From a virus, in the IMG/VR virus record IMGVR_UViG_3300028898_000325, positions 2,631-66,630 of that record: a stretch of DNA of 64,000 bases, one strand, 5' to 3'. The position numbers and the translations under genes are program-made. A model generated the notes under the pieces. The model was not told where the DNA came from, ran no database searches, and saw only the letters and a program-made list of their open reading frames with translations. Below are positions 54,542 to 63,580 of the stretch, in pieces (within the stretch, counting starts at the first letter, position 1; every line of letters starts with the position of its first letter).

Positions 54542-54743
54542 CATGTCAAGGGTTATTTATGACAGCTCAAAAGCAGAATGGGTTAAAACAATTGATGAAG
54601 AAACCGGCGAAGTGACGGGATGGACCACCGACCAGGGGGAGGCGCTTACCTGGGAGTGTCCGCTTTCTTACATGGAGTGGCAGATATGGCTCAATTCAAC
54701 TGAGGCAAAATTCGTAGGACAAAGACCCCGTAAACCGCATTAA
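54534..54743 (+). CDS. Hypothetical protein
   Basis: 69 aa ending FVGQRPRKPH. Confidence 0.6.
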   Translation: MNDMSRVIYDSSKAEWVKTIDEETGEVTGWTTDQGEALTWECPLSYMEWQIWLNSTEAKFVGQRPRKPH

Positions 54744-55099
54744 TGAGTAAGATCAAAGAAATACTGTGTTTGGCAAGCTGTTGGGCTTTTCTGGCCGGGA
54801 ATATCATTTACGACCTGCTGGAAAGCACACAGGAAAATTTGCGCTGTACGGATAGTACCGTTGATTATTCCGGATGGTATTTTATCCCCTTGTCTTTTAT
54901 GATCACCATGTTGATCGGGGCCATGCTGGAAAATTCCGTGGGCAAATGGGTAAAAACGCAGTGGCTTTTCTTTTATGTTTTGTCCTGGTCCATGGTTTTT
55001 AAATATACCCTGTTGGATGCAATACATTTTCACATAAACGATTACTGGTTTCTGCTTACTGCAGCAGCCGCAACCTTAATAAGATGCCGAAAATTTTAG
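54743..55099 (+). CDS. Multi-pass membrane protein
   Basis: Three to four hydrophobic segments. Confidence 0.65.
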   Translation: MSKIKEILCLASCWAFLAGNIIYDLLESTQENLRCTDSTVDYSGWYFIPLSFMITMLIGAMLENSVGKWVKTQWLFFYVLSWSMVFKYTLLDAIHFHINDYWFLLTAAAATLIRCRKF

Positions 55100-55413
55100 A
55101 CGAAGTAATTGACTACATCAGTAAAAATTTTGTGCTTATGGCAAGTTTAACCGTGGGAGCGATTTTGAAAGCAAGCGTTGACTACAAGACCAAACAATTG
55201 AAGTTGTGGGAGCGGATTATCAATGTGCTTTTGTCTATTTGTGTGGGGTGGATTTCATGGAGATTTCTCAGGGCTGTTAACTTGGAAAAATATATCGGCG
55301 TTGTTGTTCCATTGTGTACGCTGCTTGGCGAAACTTTCACCCTGTGGATCATTACAAAGGCAACTGATTTTTTTAACAGCATGTACGAAAAATATATACC
55401 CAAAAAGAAATGA
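55084..55413 (+). CDS. Putative holin-like membrane protein
   Basis: Three hydrophobic segments and a basic C-terminus; lysis cluster. Confidence 0.55.
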   Translation: MPKILDEVIDYISKNFVLMASLTVGAILKASVDYKTKQLKLWERIINVLLSICVGWISWRFLRAVNLEKYIGVVVPLCTLLGETFTLWIITKATDFFNSMYEKYIPKKK

Positions 55414-55706
55414 AAAATTGGATCAACAACTGGAAAGCGCCCACGCCTGAAGCATGGAAAAAGGTAATACGCTGGTCCCTTTCTTTATCTGCCGGCTCCG
55501 TAGCATTGTTAACCGCTGACACCCTGGGTAAAGCGGTGATGCCCGATTTTAGTTTTAAGCTATTGCCATGGGTTGTTACGGTCGCAAAAAATGTATTTGT
55601 AGCGGGGCTGTTTTTGGCTGCCGTTGCGAAGTTTCAAAAAGAAGATACGGACAACCAGCGGCCAGCGGCGCCAAAGGATGACGAACTACAAAATAAGCAA
55701 CCATGA
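55410..55706 (+). CDS. Putative holin
   Basis: WKAPTP..WKKV, two TM segments, charged tail. Confidence 0.6.
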   Translation: MKNWINNWKAPTPEAWKKVIRWSLSLSAGSVALLTADTLGKAVMPDFSFKLLPWVVTVAKNVFVAGLFLAAVAKFQKEDTDNQRPAAPKDDELQNKQP

Positions 55707-56353
55707 ACATAAGAGAAAGATTATACAGTGGCGTCAATCCCTTTCTATTGATTTATTTGGCTGGAATTATCCTGCTGATTTCTTTGAATGCCTGCTACAC
55801 GCCGGGGAAAGCAATAGGCCAGGCAGAAAAAGCCATGAACAAATATCCTGAAAAGGTATTGCCGGTATTCCGGGGCAAGTTCCCGTGTATAACAACATCA
55901 ACAAAAACAACCGTTGACAGCTCCGATTACAAAGCATGGAAAGCGCATACTGATAGCATTATCGAGTTTTACAAAACCCTGCTCGATAATGTTGAGCCGG
56001 AAATTATTCACGACACTGTACCGGTTCCTGATAGCACAAAATGCAATGAAGTTTTGTCCCAGTACCGGGCTTCCGATAAAAAGCATAAGGAAAGAGAAAG
56101 TTTGCTGCAGTCTACCATCAAAGATTTGCAACAGAAACTCGCAAGTATTCCGCCGGTAAAAGAAAGTACCGTCAACAATATTAAAGACGATTCAGAGGTA
56201 AAAGAATGCGAGCTAAAAGCAGACAGGTATAAACAGATGGCAGAGAAAAGTGATCGTGAAAACGAAAAGAAGGCCACATTAATCAAGTGGATTTTGATTT
56301 TACTGGCAGGTTCAATCGTTGGTAACATTCTTCAATTCAAAAAAATATTTTAA
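55703..56353 (+). CDS. Putative unimolecular spanin
   Basis: N-terminal lipobox-like LNA|C, coiled-coil body and a C-terminal TM segment. Confidence 0.6.
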   Translation: MNIRERLYSGVNPFLLIYLAGIILLISLNACYTPGKAIGQAEKAMNKYPEKVLPVFRGKFPCITTSTKTTVDSSDYKAWKAHTDSIIEFYKTLLDNVEPEIIHDTVPVPDSTKCNEVLSQYRASDKKHKERESLLQSTIKDLQQKLASIPPVKESTVNNIKDDSEVKECELKADRYKQMAEKSDRENEKKATLIKWILILLAGSIVGNILQFKKIF

Positions 56354-56355
56354 TC

Positions 56356-56829
56356 ATGACAACCAAACCGCAACAGTGCCTTAAAAAATACGGCAATCCA
56401 AACTTATTGGCTACTCAACAAAAATGGTTCACCTTATGGATTGTACCTGAAAAATTATTGAAGGCATTTTCGCATGTTTACTTCACTCAGGTCGGAACGG
56501 TTGGTTTCCCTAAGAAAATTTTTGTCAACAAAGACTTTCTGCCATTACTCGAAAAGGGTTTAAACAATGTTGTTGACCGTGGGCTTTCAAAATTGCTTGA
56601 ATCCTGGGACGGATGTTTCATCATCCGTAAGCAGCGGGGTTCAGATGAAATGTCCATACACAGCTGGGCAGCGGCCTGCGATGTTAATGCAGAGAAAAAC
56701 CCGATAGGGAAAAAGCCTACAATGCCGCCGGAACTGGTAAAATGCTTCACTGATGCCGGTTGTATCTGGGGAGGAACATTCAAAGGCAAAAGGGTTGATG
56801 GTATGCACTTTGAAATTGCAAGTATTTAG
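56356..56829 (+). CDS. Endolysin, M15-family peptidase
   Basis: R.QRGS...SIHSWAAACDVN; WGG.F....DGMHFE. Confidence 0.9.
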   Translation: MTTKPQQCLKKYGNPNLLATQQKWFTLWIVPEKLLKAFSHVYFTQVGTVGFPKKIFVNKDFLPLLEKGLNNVVDRGLSKLLESWDGCFIIRKQRGSDEMSIHSWAAACDVNAEKNPIGKKPTMPPELVKCFTDAGCIWGGTFKGKRVDGMHFEIASI

Positions 56830-56863
56830 GATTTTCTCATAAGCAGTATTGTTTTGGTAAACG

Positions 56864-56883
56864 GCCCCTGTTTCTACAGGGGC
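56864..56883. terminator. Hairpin between convergent operons, probable bidirectional terminator
   Basis: GCCCCTGT-TTCT-ACAGGGGC. Confidence 0.7.
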
Positions 56884-56890
56884 TTAATTT

Positions 56891-58330
56891 TTACAACATT
56901 TCCACCGCCTGTTTTATTGCGTCATAGTCTGTTTTTCTTCCATCAATAATTATGGACACCAAAGATGCCCTTGTAATTGCGGTGTACATTGATTGCATCT
57001 TTTCTTTATTGGTGATCATGGTGACGCTTGTAATATCTGTTTCGTCAACTACAACGGCTTTGTATGTAGATCCCTGTGATTTGTGACTTGTAATTGCATA
57101 GGCATATTCCAGCGGGGCGTATTTTCTTTTGAATGCCCAGGCTTCTTTTAATGCTGCTTTTCTTTCATCAGAACCTTTTACCATTGTTTTTGCATGAGCA
57201 AACTTTACAGCCACATCAGCATTAAAACGAGCAATATCCCTTTTGTCTAGTGTAAGCGCTGATTGTTCTTTTCCTTCATACAAAAACGAAATATCATAAC
57301 ACCGGTAGCCGCTGTCTTTTAATGGGCTTGATTTGATTACCTGAACCTCATAACTGTTGCTTATTGGATCGTCCAGGCCAATATCGTAGTTGTCGCTGAA
57401 CATCAATAAATCCCCAGGTAAAAACTGCTGCTGTGATTTTTCATAACCAAAAAGATACTCTCTTGCAATGTTGTTTATTTGGGTTCTTGTTTCCCTTCGG
57501 TAAGACACAAATTTTATTAAATTCATATCTTTTGTGTCGATTGCTTTTTTGAAAACAGGGAGTATTGATTCCATAATATCATCGGCGTGTTTTGCAAAAA
57601 CTAAAGCTCCGACACCACTAACAATACTCGTTCTATTATCATCTGGAACAGGGTTTACCGGTGGGTACTGCAGTCTTGATGCGTCACCAAAATAATCAGC
57701 AAATGGAAGTATTGGTGATTCTTCTCCTTGCCTTACTCGTTCATGTAAAACAACCCGGTTTTCTGTGTAGAAGACTGGCGAAGGTTTACCCCTGTGTTCA
57801 CTGTTGGATTCCCGTATTGGAGGCAACTGCCTTACGTCTCCGAAGTAAATCACAATGGCGTTTTTCCGCTTCTCACTCATTATAAGATCGTGCGCTTTTT
57901 CATTAATCATACTCCCTTCATCAACAATAATTATTTTGGCTCTTTGTATTGGCCGAAACGATTCGCCCTCCATTGTAAAATCGCCTGTTTCTTCGTCCAT
58001 TTTCATAGCCAAAGCTCCTGCAACAGTCTTTGATACAAAGTTGATGTTTTCGCCAAAAGCCTCTTTTATTTTATTCTCTAAAACCAACTTTGCTTTATGG
58101 CTTAATGCACAGATAAGAACCGACATTCTTTTAATGAACGGCTCTAAAATCCCTATTGCAACAGTAGTTTTCCCGGTACCAGCCTTACCTACTATTGTCA
58201 TCCATTCATCAGGGTTGCCGTTTAGAATAAAATCCCTGCCTGCTTTTATCGCAAGCTCCTGCTCCGCATTTTTAGGCTGGATTTTATTGTATTGCTTCTT
58301 TGCTTTTTTCTTTGCCTTTGCTTGTGACAT
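56891..58330 (-). CDS. SF1B RecD/Dda-like DNA helicase
   Basis: GKAGTGKTT, IIVDEGSM, GDVRQLPP, YAITSHKSQGSTY, YTAITRA. Confidence 0.92.
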   Translation of the reverse strand: MSQAKAKKKAKKQYNKIQPKNAEQELAIKAGRDFILNGNPDEWMTIVGKAGTGKTTVAIGILEPFIKRMSVLICALSHKAKLVLENKIKEAFGENINFVSKTVAGALAMKMDEETGDFTMEGESFRPIQRAKIIIVDEGSMINEKAHDLIMSEKRKNAIVIYFGDVRQLPPIRESNSEHRGKPSPVFYTENRVVLHERVRQGEESPILPFADYFGDASRLQYPPVNPVPDDNRTSIVSGVGALVFAKHADDIMESILPVFKKAIDTKDMNLIKFVSYRRETRTQINNIAREYLFGYEKSQQQFLPGDLLMFSDNYDIGLDDPISNSYEVQVIKSSPLKDSGYRCYDISFLYEGKEQSALTLDKRDIARFNADVAVKFAHAKTMVKGSDERKAALKEAWAFKRKYAPLEYAYAITSHKSQGSTYKAVVVDETDITSVTMITNKEKMQSMYTAITRASLVSIIIDGRKTDYDAIKQAVEML

Positions 58331-58341
58331 TTATAGGTGTT

Positions 58342-58785
58342 TTAAAGTCCGAATACCAACATAGCCGAATCCCTGGAATGTTTTGATGTTGTGCCGGTAT
58401 ACCCTGTGATTTTAGAAAATGTTTGCTGATCAAGTTTTGTTTTATTGTTCTTCGGTGCTGTCATTTCAAAGGGTATCTTTTTATCCTTCAAAAAATCTTC
58501 CCAAGCAACGGCATCACGTTTTACATATCCAGCACCTTCACGGCGGCCACGTTCTGCTGATTCCGTTTTTTGTTTTGGGATCCACTTTCTTAAACGAGCA
58601 TCTTCAATGCGAACAAAAACATTTTCCTTATGCTCATTAAAGTAGCCTTCAACCAACTCAAATGCTTTGTGTATTTGCGTTGTGGCTAAAAACAAAATCT
58701 TTTTCTTCTCTCTTGAATAAAGGCAGATTCCTGTGTTTACGCCAGTGTCTATTCCGATAAGGTATTTGCAGTTTTTGGGTATCAT
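58342..58785 (-). CDS. RuvC-like (RNase H fold) Holliday junction resolvase
   Basis: LIGIDTGVNTG, VRIEDAR, HSRDSAML. Confidence 0.75.
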   Translation of the reverse strand: MIPKNCKYLIGIDTGVNTGICLYSREKKKILFLATTQIHKAFELVEGYFNEHKENVFVRIEDARLRKWIPKQKTESAERGRREGAGYVKRDAVAWEDFLKDKKIPFEMTAPKNNKTKLDQQTFSKITGYTGTTSKHSRDSAMLVFGL

Positions 58786-59606
58786 TTTCTTCGGTCGTTT
58801 CCTTTGTAAATAATATAATTCATCATTTCCCTGAGCCTGCTTCTTACAGCTTCATCATATCTCGCCTCTAACTCTTTAGGGGTTCTATTTGTGGTAATAT
58901 GCAGGCTGCTGAAGGGAATTTTTTTAAAGTACCTTGTTTGAAAAATTTTACTGATTGCGTCAGTCTTGTTACCAAAATCAAAGACAACGCTCTCTCTGCC
59001 AACATCATCAAATGCCCACCCTATTTCCGGCTGGTAAAAGAATTTTTCATGGTGTCCCCACCCTGGCACCGGGCCGATAAAGTTTTGATAAGCGTCCGTA
59101 CCGTCTTTTTGTAGCATTGATTCAATGTCAAAAACGGTGATCATGTGAAAACACTGGCGCTTGTTAAACCTGAAAATATTTAGGATTTCGGTTTTGCCAA
59201 CTCCCACTGGACCAACAAGACAAATACCTTTTGTCAGCGAATAGTTGTTGCCGTTTAAATCCTTGTAGCTTTCAAACCTTTTATCATTGCTGAAATACAA
59301 ACACAGCAGCTCAAAAACCGGCAAAGCCTGCTCGTCAAGCTGAAACCATGGGTTTGTTTTTAAAACAAATTCCCTGAGTTCGTTTACAGTAAACGGAAGT
59401 CGGGCCGCTGTCATTTGGCTTGCCTTTTCCTTAAGTTTTTTCTTCCGCTGCAGCTCCCAGTATTTTTCGCACCGGGCATCAAAAATTGCAAGTTCCGTTT
59501 CTTCTTTAGTCAGCTGCACTTCGTCAAAATCCGGTGGCATAGTCACTATCCCCGGCTTTTTTATCTGCGCCTTTTGTAAAATTTCCGTTATGGGTTTTGG
59601 TTCCAT
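58782..59606 (-). CDS. DnaC/IstB-like ATPase (helicase loader)
   Basis: GICLVGPVGVGKT, WAFDDVGRE, HITTN, RSRLREM. Confidence 0.85.
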   Translation of the reverse strand: MEPKPITEILQKAQIKKPGIVTMPPDFDEVQLTKEETELAIFDARCEKYWELQRKKKLKEKASQMTAARLPFTVNELREFVLKTNPWFQLDEQALPVFELLCLYFSNDKRFESYKDLNGNNYSLTKGICLVGPVGVGKTEILNIFRFNKRQCFHMITVFDIESMLQKDGTDAYQNFIGPVPGWGHHEKFFYQPEIGWAFDDVGRESVVFDFGNKTDAISKIFQTRYFKKIPFSSLHITTNRTPKELEARYDEAVRSRLREMMNYIIYKGNDRRK

Positions 59607-60252
59607 TAGCTGTATGCTTGTTTTTTAAATAGTTTGGCATCCAAAAAAGAAAATGCTTTCTGGCTTCAATAAAGTTTGAATATTCCTTTGTGTGGTTTTG
59701 CTGGAACCAAATTTTTACGCCGTCATCAAATTCCGCCGAGGGCATTCCTTTGAAAGTCCAACTTTCTTTAAGCCCTGGATCAGAACTAAAAGCATCGACA
59801 ATCTGATTCAGCAATTTTTTTTCGGCACCTGTTACTATGAATAGTTCAGTTTGGTTTAATATAGTTTTATTAAGGTGTTCCCTGTGTGTGCCATTCTGTG
59901 TTTCCACCTGTGTTCCTGTGTGTGTTCTTTTCTGTGTTTCTACAGGAAACACAGAGTCTTCGTTTTCGTAGAGTACAGTAAGCTCATAAGTAGGCGATCC
60001 GCTGGCTTGCCGGCTGGGATAGTATTTTATTAGCCCCCGCTGGATTAAGGTATTACGTGCTACCGATAATCGTTTCCGGGTCATCCCACATTGGTTTTCC
60101 AAAGTTTGTGTGCGTACAACTAATTTCCTCTGTCTCCAACGGTCTGCGTTAAAACACTGCATCAGGTTATACCAAAATACCTGTGCATCCGGTGGCATGG
60201 GATTGATTGAGTTCTGCACTCCAAACTCTCGAAATTGCTTCGCAAGATTCAT
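59524..60252 (-). CDS. Replication initiator protein (lambda O-like, winged HTH)
   Basis: LENQCGMTRKRLSVARNTLIQRGLIKY; repetitive linker; lies upstream of the DnaC-like gene. Confidence 0.75.
   Translation of the reverse strand: MNLAKQFREFGVQNSINPMPPDAQVFWYNLMQCFNADRWRQRKLVVRTQTLENQCGMTRKRLSVARNTLIQRGLIKYYPSRQASGSPTYELTVLYENEDSVFPVETQKRTHTGTQVETQNGTHREHLNKTILNQTELFIVTGAEKKLLNQIVDAFSSDPGLKESWTFKGMPSAEFDDGVKIWFQQNHTKEYSNFIEARKHFLFWMPNYLKNKHTANGTKTHNGNFTKGADKKAGDSDYATGF
59881..59954. repeat. Iteron-like repeats inside the initiator gene (candidate origin)
   Basis: CCTGTGTGTG x2 (59881, 59915); TTCTGTGTTTCYAC x2 (59894, 59930); inverted repeat CTGTGTTTC/GAAACACAG. Confidence 0.55.
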
Positions 60253-60764
60253 TGCTTAAAAAGCTTTAAAAATTCAACATCTTCTAAGGATAATGCGAAC
60301 CACTCGCCTCTTAGCCTTTTTTCAGAAAAACATTTATGCAGGTTTTTTTCTAATGATTTTTCGCAATGGAAATAATGTATTAGTTGTATATCTGGCTCCT
60401 GCGCCTGAAGTGTTCTTTCTCTTACAGCTACATTGTTTGATCTTCCAATTTTATAATATCCATTTTGCTTATTAAGCATAACGTAAATATTGGTTACGTT
60501 ATCTGTATTTAACTTCCAGAGTCCAGAATTGTGCTCGTTAAGTAGATTGTGACGTCTAATTGTTTCATCATCAATGTGACTTAAATAGCTTTTACAAAAT
60601 CCTAATAATAATTCTATCATGTACTTGGATTGTAAATAACCATTCAAGTTGGATATCAAAATTCTTCCTTTCTCATCTTTTGATATGTAAAAATCACTTT
60701 CAACTAATTCACTATTTTTTACAATGTTTATAGTCTGTGTTGCCGTTAATTTTTCTTCTTCCAT
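60249..60764 (-). CDS. GIY-YIG (T5orf172/MUG113-like) domain protein
   Basis: IYVM..KQNGYYKIGRS....RERTLQ...EKNLH..F..KRLRGEWFAL. Confidence 0.88.
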   Translation of the reverse strand: MEEEKLTATQTINIVKNSELVESDFYISKDEKGRILISNLNGYLQSKYMIELLLGFCKSYLSHIDDETIRRHNLLNEHNSGLWKLNTDNVTNIYVMLNKQNGYYKIGRSNNVAVRERTLQAQEPDIQLIHYFHCEKSLEKNLHKCFSEKRLRGEWFALSLEDVEFLKLFKQ

Positions 60765-60766
60765 TT

Positions 60767-61378
60767 CTAAATATTTCTATGTTCAGGAATAAAGTACTGC
60801 ACCCCCAGCCAGCGGAAAAAATCTTGTTCGCTTTGCCATGCTGGTGGTAGTTTAGGGTTGGCTAAATCCTTTTTTACAGCCCAGGAATATTCGCCGGTTT
60901 GATAGCACTCTTTTGCCAGGCGAAGACCGTCATCGGTTCCTACCCAGCCTCTTCGCCGCCAAACACCAGAGATAAAACGTTTGACAAAATCACTGCTGCC
61001 TGTCCTTATCGTGAAAATCCTCCAATAGTCATGCAGCTGGGGCATAAAAATGTCAACATTAATTCGGTGCTCTATACTTTCAATGTTGTGCACCACTTCC
61101 AGTTTTATATACCTGCCCGAAAATTGGCCTTTCAAAACCCTCCCTGTATTACGGATGGTTTTTTCAAACATTGGATCAACAATAACTTCTTTGCGAATTA
61201 CTTCGCCAAACAGGTTTTTTATCTCATGTATGGTTCTTTTAGGGATTAATACCAGTTCAATATCTTTTACTTCCGGCACCCGCCTGCGGACACTGCCAGC
61301 CACATTGATTATTTCACAATGCGGCTGCAGTGATTCCTTCATGGTGTTTGCAATAATGTCGGCGTAGTATAGGTGCAT
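60767..61378 (-). CDS. Minimal DNA polymerase X-family protein (palm/thumb only)
   Basis: VAGSVRRRVPEVKDIELV, NVDIF, IRTGS. Confidence 0.82.
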   Translation of the reverse strand: MHLYYADIIANTMKESLQPHCEIINVAGSVRRRVPEVKDIELVLIPKRTIHEIKNLFGEVIRKEVIVDPMFEKTIRNTGRVLKGQFSGRYIKLEVVHNIESIEHRINVDIFMPQLHDYWRIFTIRTGSSDFVKRFISGVWRRRGWVGTDDGLRLAKECYQTGEYSWAVKKDLANPKLPPAWQSEQDFFRWLGVQYFIPEHRNI

Positions 61379-61599
61379 TATTGAATTTTACTTTTTATCA
61401 CAAGGATTGTTTCATAGTTGTACTGTACTTTAACGATCTGCCTTGCATAAAGGCTTTTAATTTCTTTTTTCTTTTGATCGACAAATATTTTTCTCAACTC
61501 CACACGCTCTTTAAATGGAAGTCTGCCATACTCTGGAATTTCTATTTCCATTTCTTGAAAGAAATCGTTGTGCAGGTATAATTGAAGATGGGCTATCAA
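61378..61599 (-). CDS. Hypothetical protein
   Basis: 73 aa with overlapping stop/start codons. Confidence 0.55.
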   Translation of the reverse strand: MIAHLQLYLHNDFFQEMEIEIPEYGRLPFKERVELRKIFVDQKKKEIKSLYARQIVKVQYNYETILVIKSKIQ

Positions 61600-62015
61600 G
61601 CCATTTCCTCCTTTAATTTTTTAACCTCTTCATTTGGCAGATACTCCACTTTAAGCGTTTCTCCTTTAAGGATATGTTCGATAACCTCTACCAACGCCGT
61701 TCTTGCTTCAGGTGTTACATGAGAAATCATTGCGTACAACTCTACGATACCCAAAACATCGCTGTGCCACTCTCTTCTTATTCCTTCGGATATATCCGGG
61801 GCGTCAATAAACGCAGGTTGTGCAGCCAAGTCTCGGTAAACAAAAGAGAGTTTTTCAGAGTAATTTTTAAAAAGCCTTGCACCTGTTGATCCCTGGTGCT
61901 CACGAATAAAATCATCAAAGTATTCTTTTGCTATACGCAAATGGTGTACTGCTGATACTATTGAGGTTTTGCCTTTCATTTCGGATTGATAGATTTTTAA
62001 AGGAGCAACCACCAA
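61596..62015 (-). CDS. Hypothetical protein
   Basis: 139 aa, helical. Confidence 0.6.
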   Translation of the reverse strand: MVVAPLKIYQSEMKGKTSIVSAVHHLRIAKEYFDDFIREHQGSTGARLFKNYSEKLSFVYRDLAAQPAFIDAPDISEGIRREWHSDVLGIVELYAMISHVTPEARTALVEVIEHILKGETLKVEYLPNEEVKKLKEEMA

Positions 62016-62055
62016 TGAATGATGGTTGCTTTTGTATATGGGAATTAAAAACGGG

Positions 62056-62619
62056 TTAGGTTAGTGCAAAATCAATAACTGCTTCCTCCTCTGTAATTTT
62101 CATTGGCATGATACCAATATATCCTTTCGCTTCGCCGGATGGGAAAAACACCATCATTTCGTGGTTATCATAAAACCGGCAAATAAGATTTTCGGAGGGG
62201 AATATTTTTGCTGCAATCTTTATCCATTCAGGGTTAAAGCAAACAAAGGCTTTTTTATCGAACAAAGAATTTGCTACAGAGTTAACAATCGCAATGTAGT
62301 CTGGGAACTTTAAATCGCAGTGAATGTTGTACTCGCAATCAAAACCGCCTTTTTTACAATGCAGCTTTTCACCTTCCAAAACCTCGATGTTTTCTGCGTC
62401 CAAAATTTCCTCCCAAATATCCCGGTGAATAAGTTTGCCATCGAGTTGCTTTATTGTTTCATCTGGTAGTGTAGAGTATTTGCTGAGGTTCAGTTGGGCA
62501 ATGATATTTCCGTTTGTTGCTGTGGCTATGCCATTAGCAATTTCAATGTGTTGTAATGCAGGCCGCAATTCGTCATCTGAGCAAGCCAAGTGTATTGGCG
62601 GCAATAATTTTTTAGCCAT
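62056..62619 (-). CDS. DNA polymerase III beta sliding clamp-like protein (short)
   Basis: ACSDDELRPALQHI....ATATNG..IA; FPDY; FNPEW; GIMPM. Confidence 0.7.
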   Translation of the reverse strand: MAKKLLPPIHLACSDDELRPALQHIEIANGIATATNGNIIAQLNLSKYSTLPDETIKQLDGKLIHRDIWEEILDAENIEVLEGEKLHCKKGGFDCEYNIHCDLKFPDYIAIVNSVANSLFDKKAFVCFNPEWIKIAAKIFPSENLICRFYDNHEMMVFFPSGEAKGYIGIMPMKITEEEAVIDFALT

Positions 62620-62896
62620 TTTTATTTTGTGTTTTTGGTGATTGATTTTTCCTTGTGGTCATATCATATAACCTTATATTCAAAGATTGAAGCTCTTCAT
62701 TATTAAGGCTATCCAGGTTCTTCTTACAGTTGTCGTTATGGGTGGAAACAGTAAGGATGTAACTGTTGTTTACCTTGCTCATGTCATCAATCCAAATAGG
62801 CTGTGAATGAGGCGTAGGCTTTATTTTAATGGCTGGGTTGAAGACTACTTTGTATGTCCCCAGCGATTCAAAAAGATCAATTATTTTCTTCTTCAT
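62612..62896 (-). CDS. Hypothetical protein
   Basis: 94 aa in a packed operon. Confidence 0.55.
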   Translation of the reverse strand: MKKKIIDLFESLGTYKVVFNPAIKIKPTPHSQPIWIDDMSKVNNSYILTVSTHNDNCKKNLDSLNNEELQSLNIRLYDMTTRKNQSPKTQNKNG

Positions 62897-63059
62897 TTGG
62901 CATATCGGTTAAGGTTCGTAATTCCATCCACATTTGGTAGCGTTTGTATTTACGCTCTACCTTTTTTCTTAAAAGATCAGGGAATAATTCATAAAACAAG
63001 TTCATAAACAGGCTGCACGAACCCAACTCATAATTGCAGGCATCAGCAAAAGTTATCAT
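62877..63059 (-). CDS. Hypothetical protein
   Basis: 60 aa in a packed operon. Confidence 0.45.
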   Translation of the reverse strand: MITFADACNYELGSCSLFMNLFYELFPDLLRKKVERKYKRYQMWMELRTLTDMPNEEENN

Positions 63060-63580
63060 ACCGTATTTTTTAAAGCGTTAATAAATACATCAGGAATAGG
63101 TGTTGCATCTTTTATGTCATCCTTAATAAGCAAAAAACGTTCAACAACCTTCGGCCATACTTGCATTTTACTGGCATCATCCCAGCTGCGATCATACTCA
63201 GAATGACAGCCGCAACCAGCGCCAAGTATCAAATAGTTTTCGGGATGCGTAGCAACGGAAGGAAACATATTCTTTCTCTTTGGAAGGATGTGCGCTGTTG
63301 CTGCCCTGGCAAAAGCCACATGTATAAACTCCCCGCAATTCCAGCAATGGGCGCCACCGTTTTTAAACTCCTTTGCTTCTACTTCTGCAAACCATTCGTT
63401 TTGCTTGTCACGGTTGGGCTTTTCTTCTTTAAGTTGCTTTTTTCTTTTTTCGCTGATTGGTGCAATGCCTACCTTTTCTTTTGCAGGCTTCGGCCCCGCA
63501 TAGTGCTTTGCATGATGTATGCAAAACCCATCACGGACAGCATGGCCTTTACAAAGAGGAAATGTGCAGTTGTCGCTCAT
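63056..63580 (-). CDS. HNH/NinG-like zinc-binding nuclease
   Basis: CWNCG...AHILPKR.....HPEN...L...CGCH..YD. Confidence 0.7.
   Translation of the reverse strand: MSDNCTFPLCKGHAVRDGFCIHHAKHYAGPKPAKEKVGIAPISEKRKKQLKEEKPNRDKQNEWFAEVEAKEFKNGGAHCWNCGEFIHVAFARAATAHILPKRKNMFPSVATHPENYLILGAGCGCHSEYDRSWDDASKMQVWPKVVERFLLIKDDIKDATPIPDVFINALKNTV

Noticed and set aside
19023-56789. Many minus-strand ORFs opposite the virion operon (e.g. 33047-33487, 44220-44741)
   Set aside because: Antisense shadows of long motif-bearing + strand genes, with biased Ser/Phe/Leu composition.
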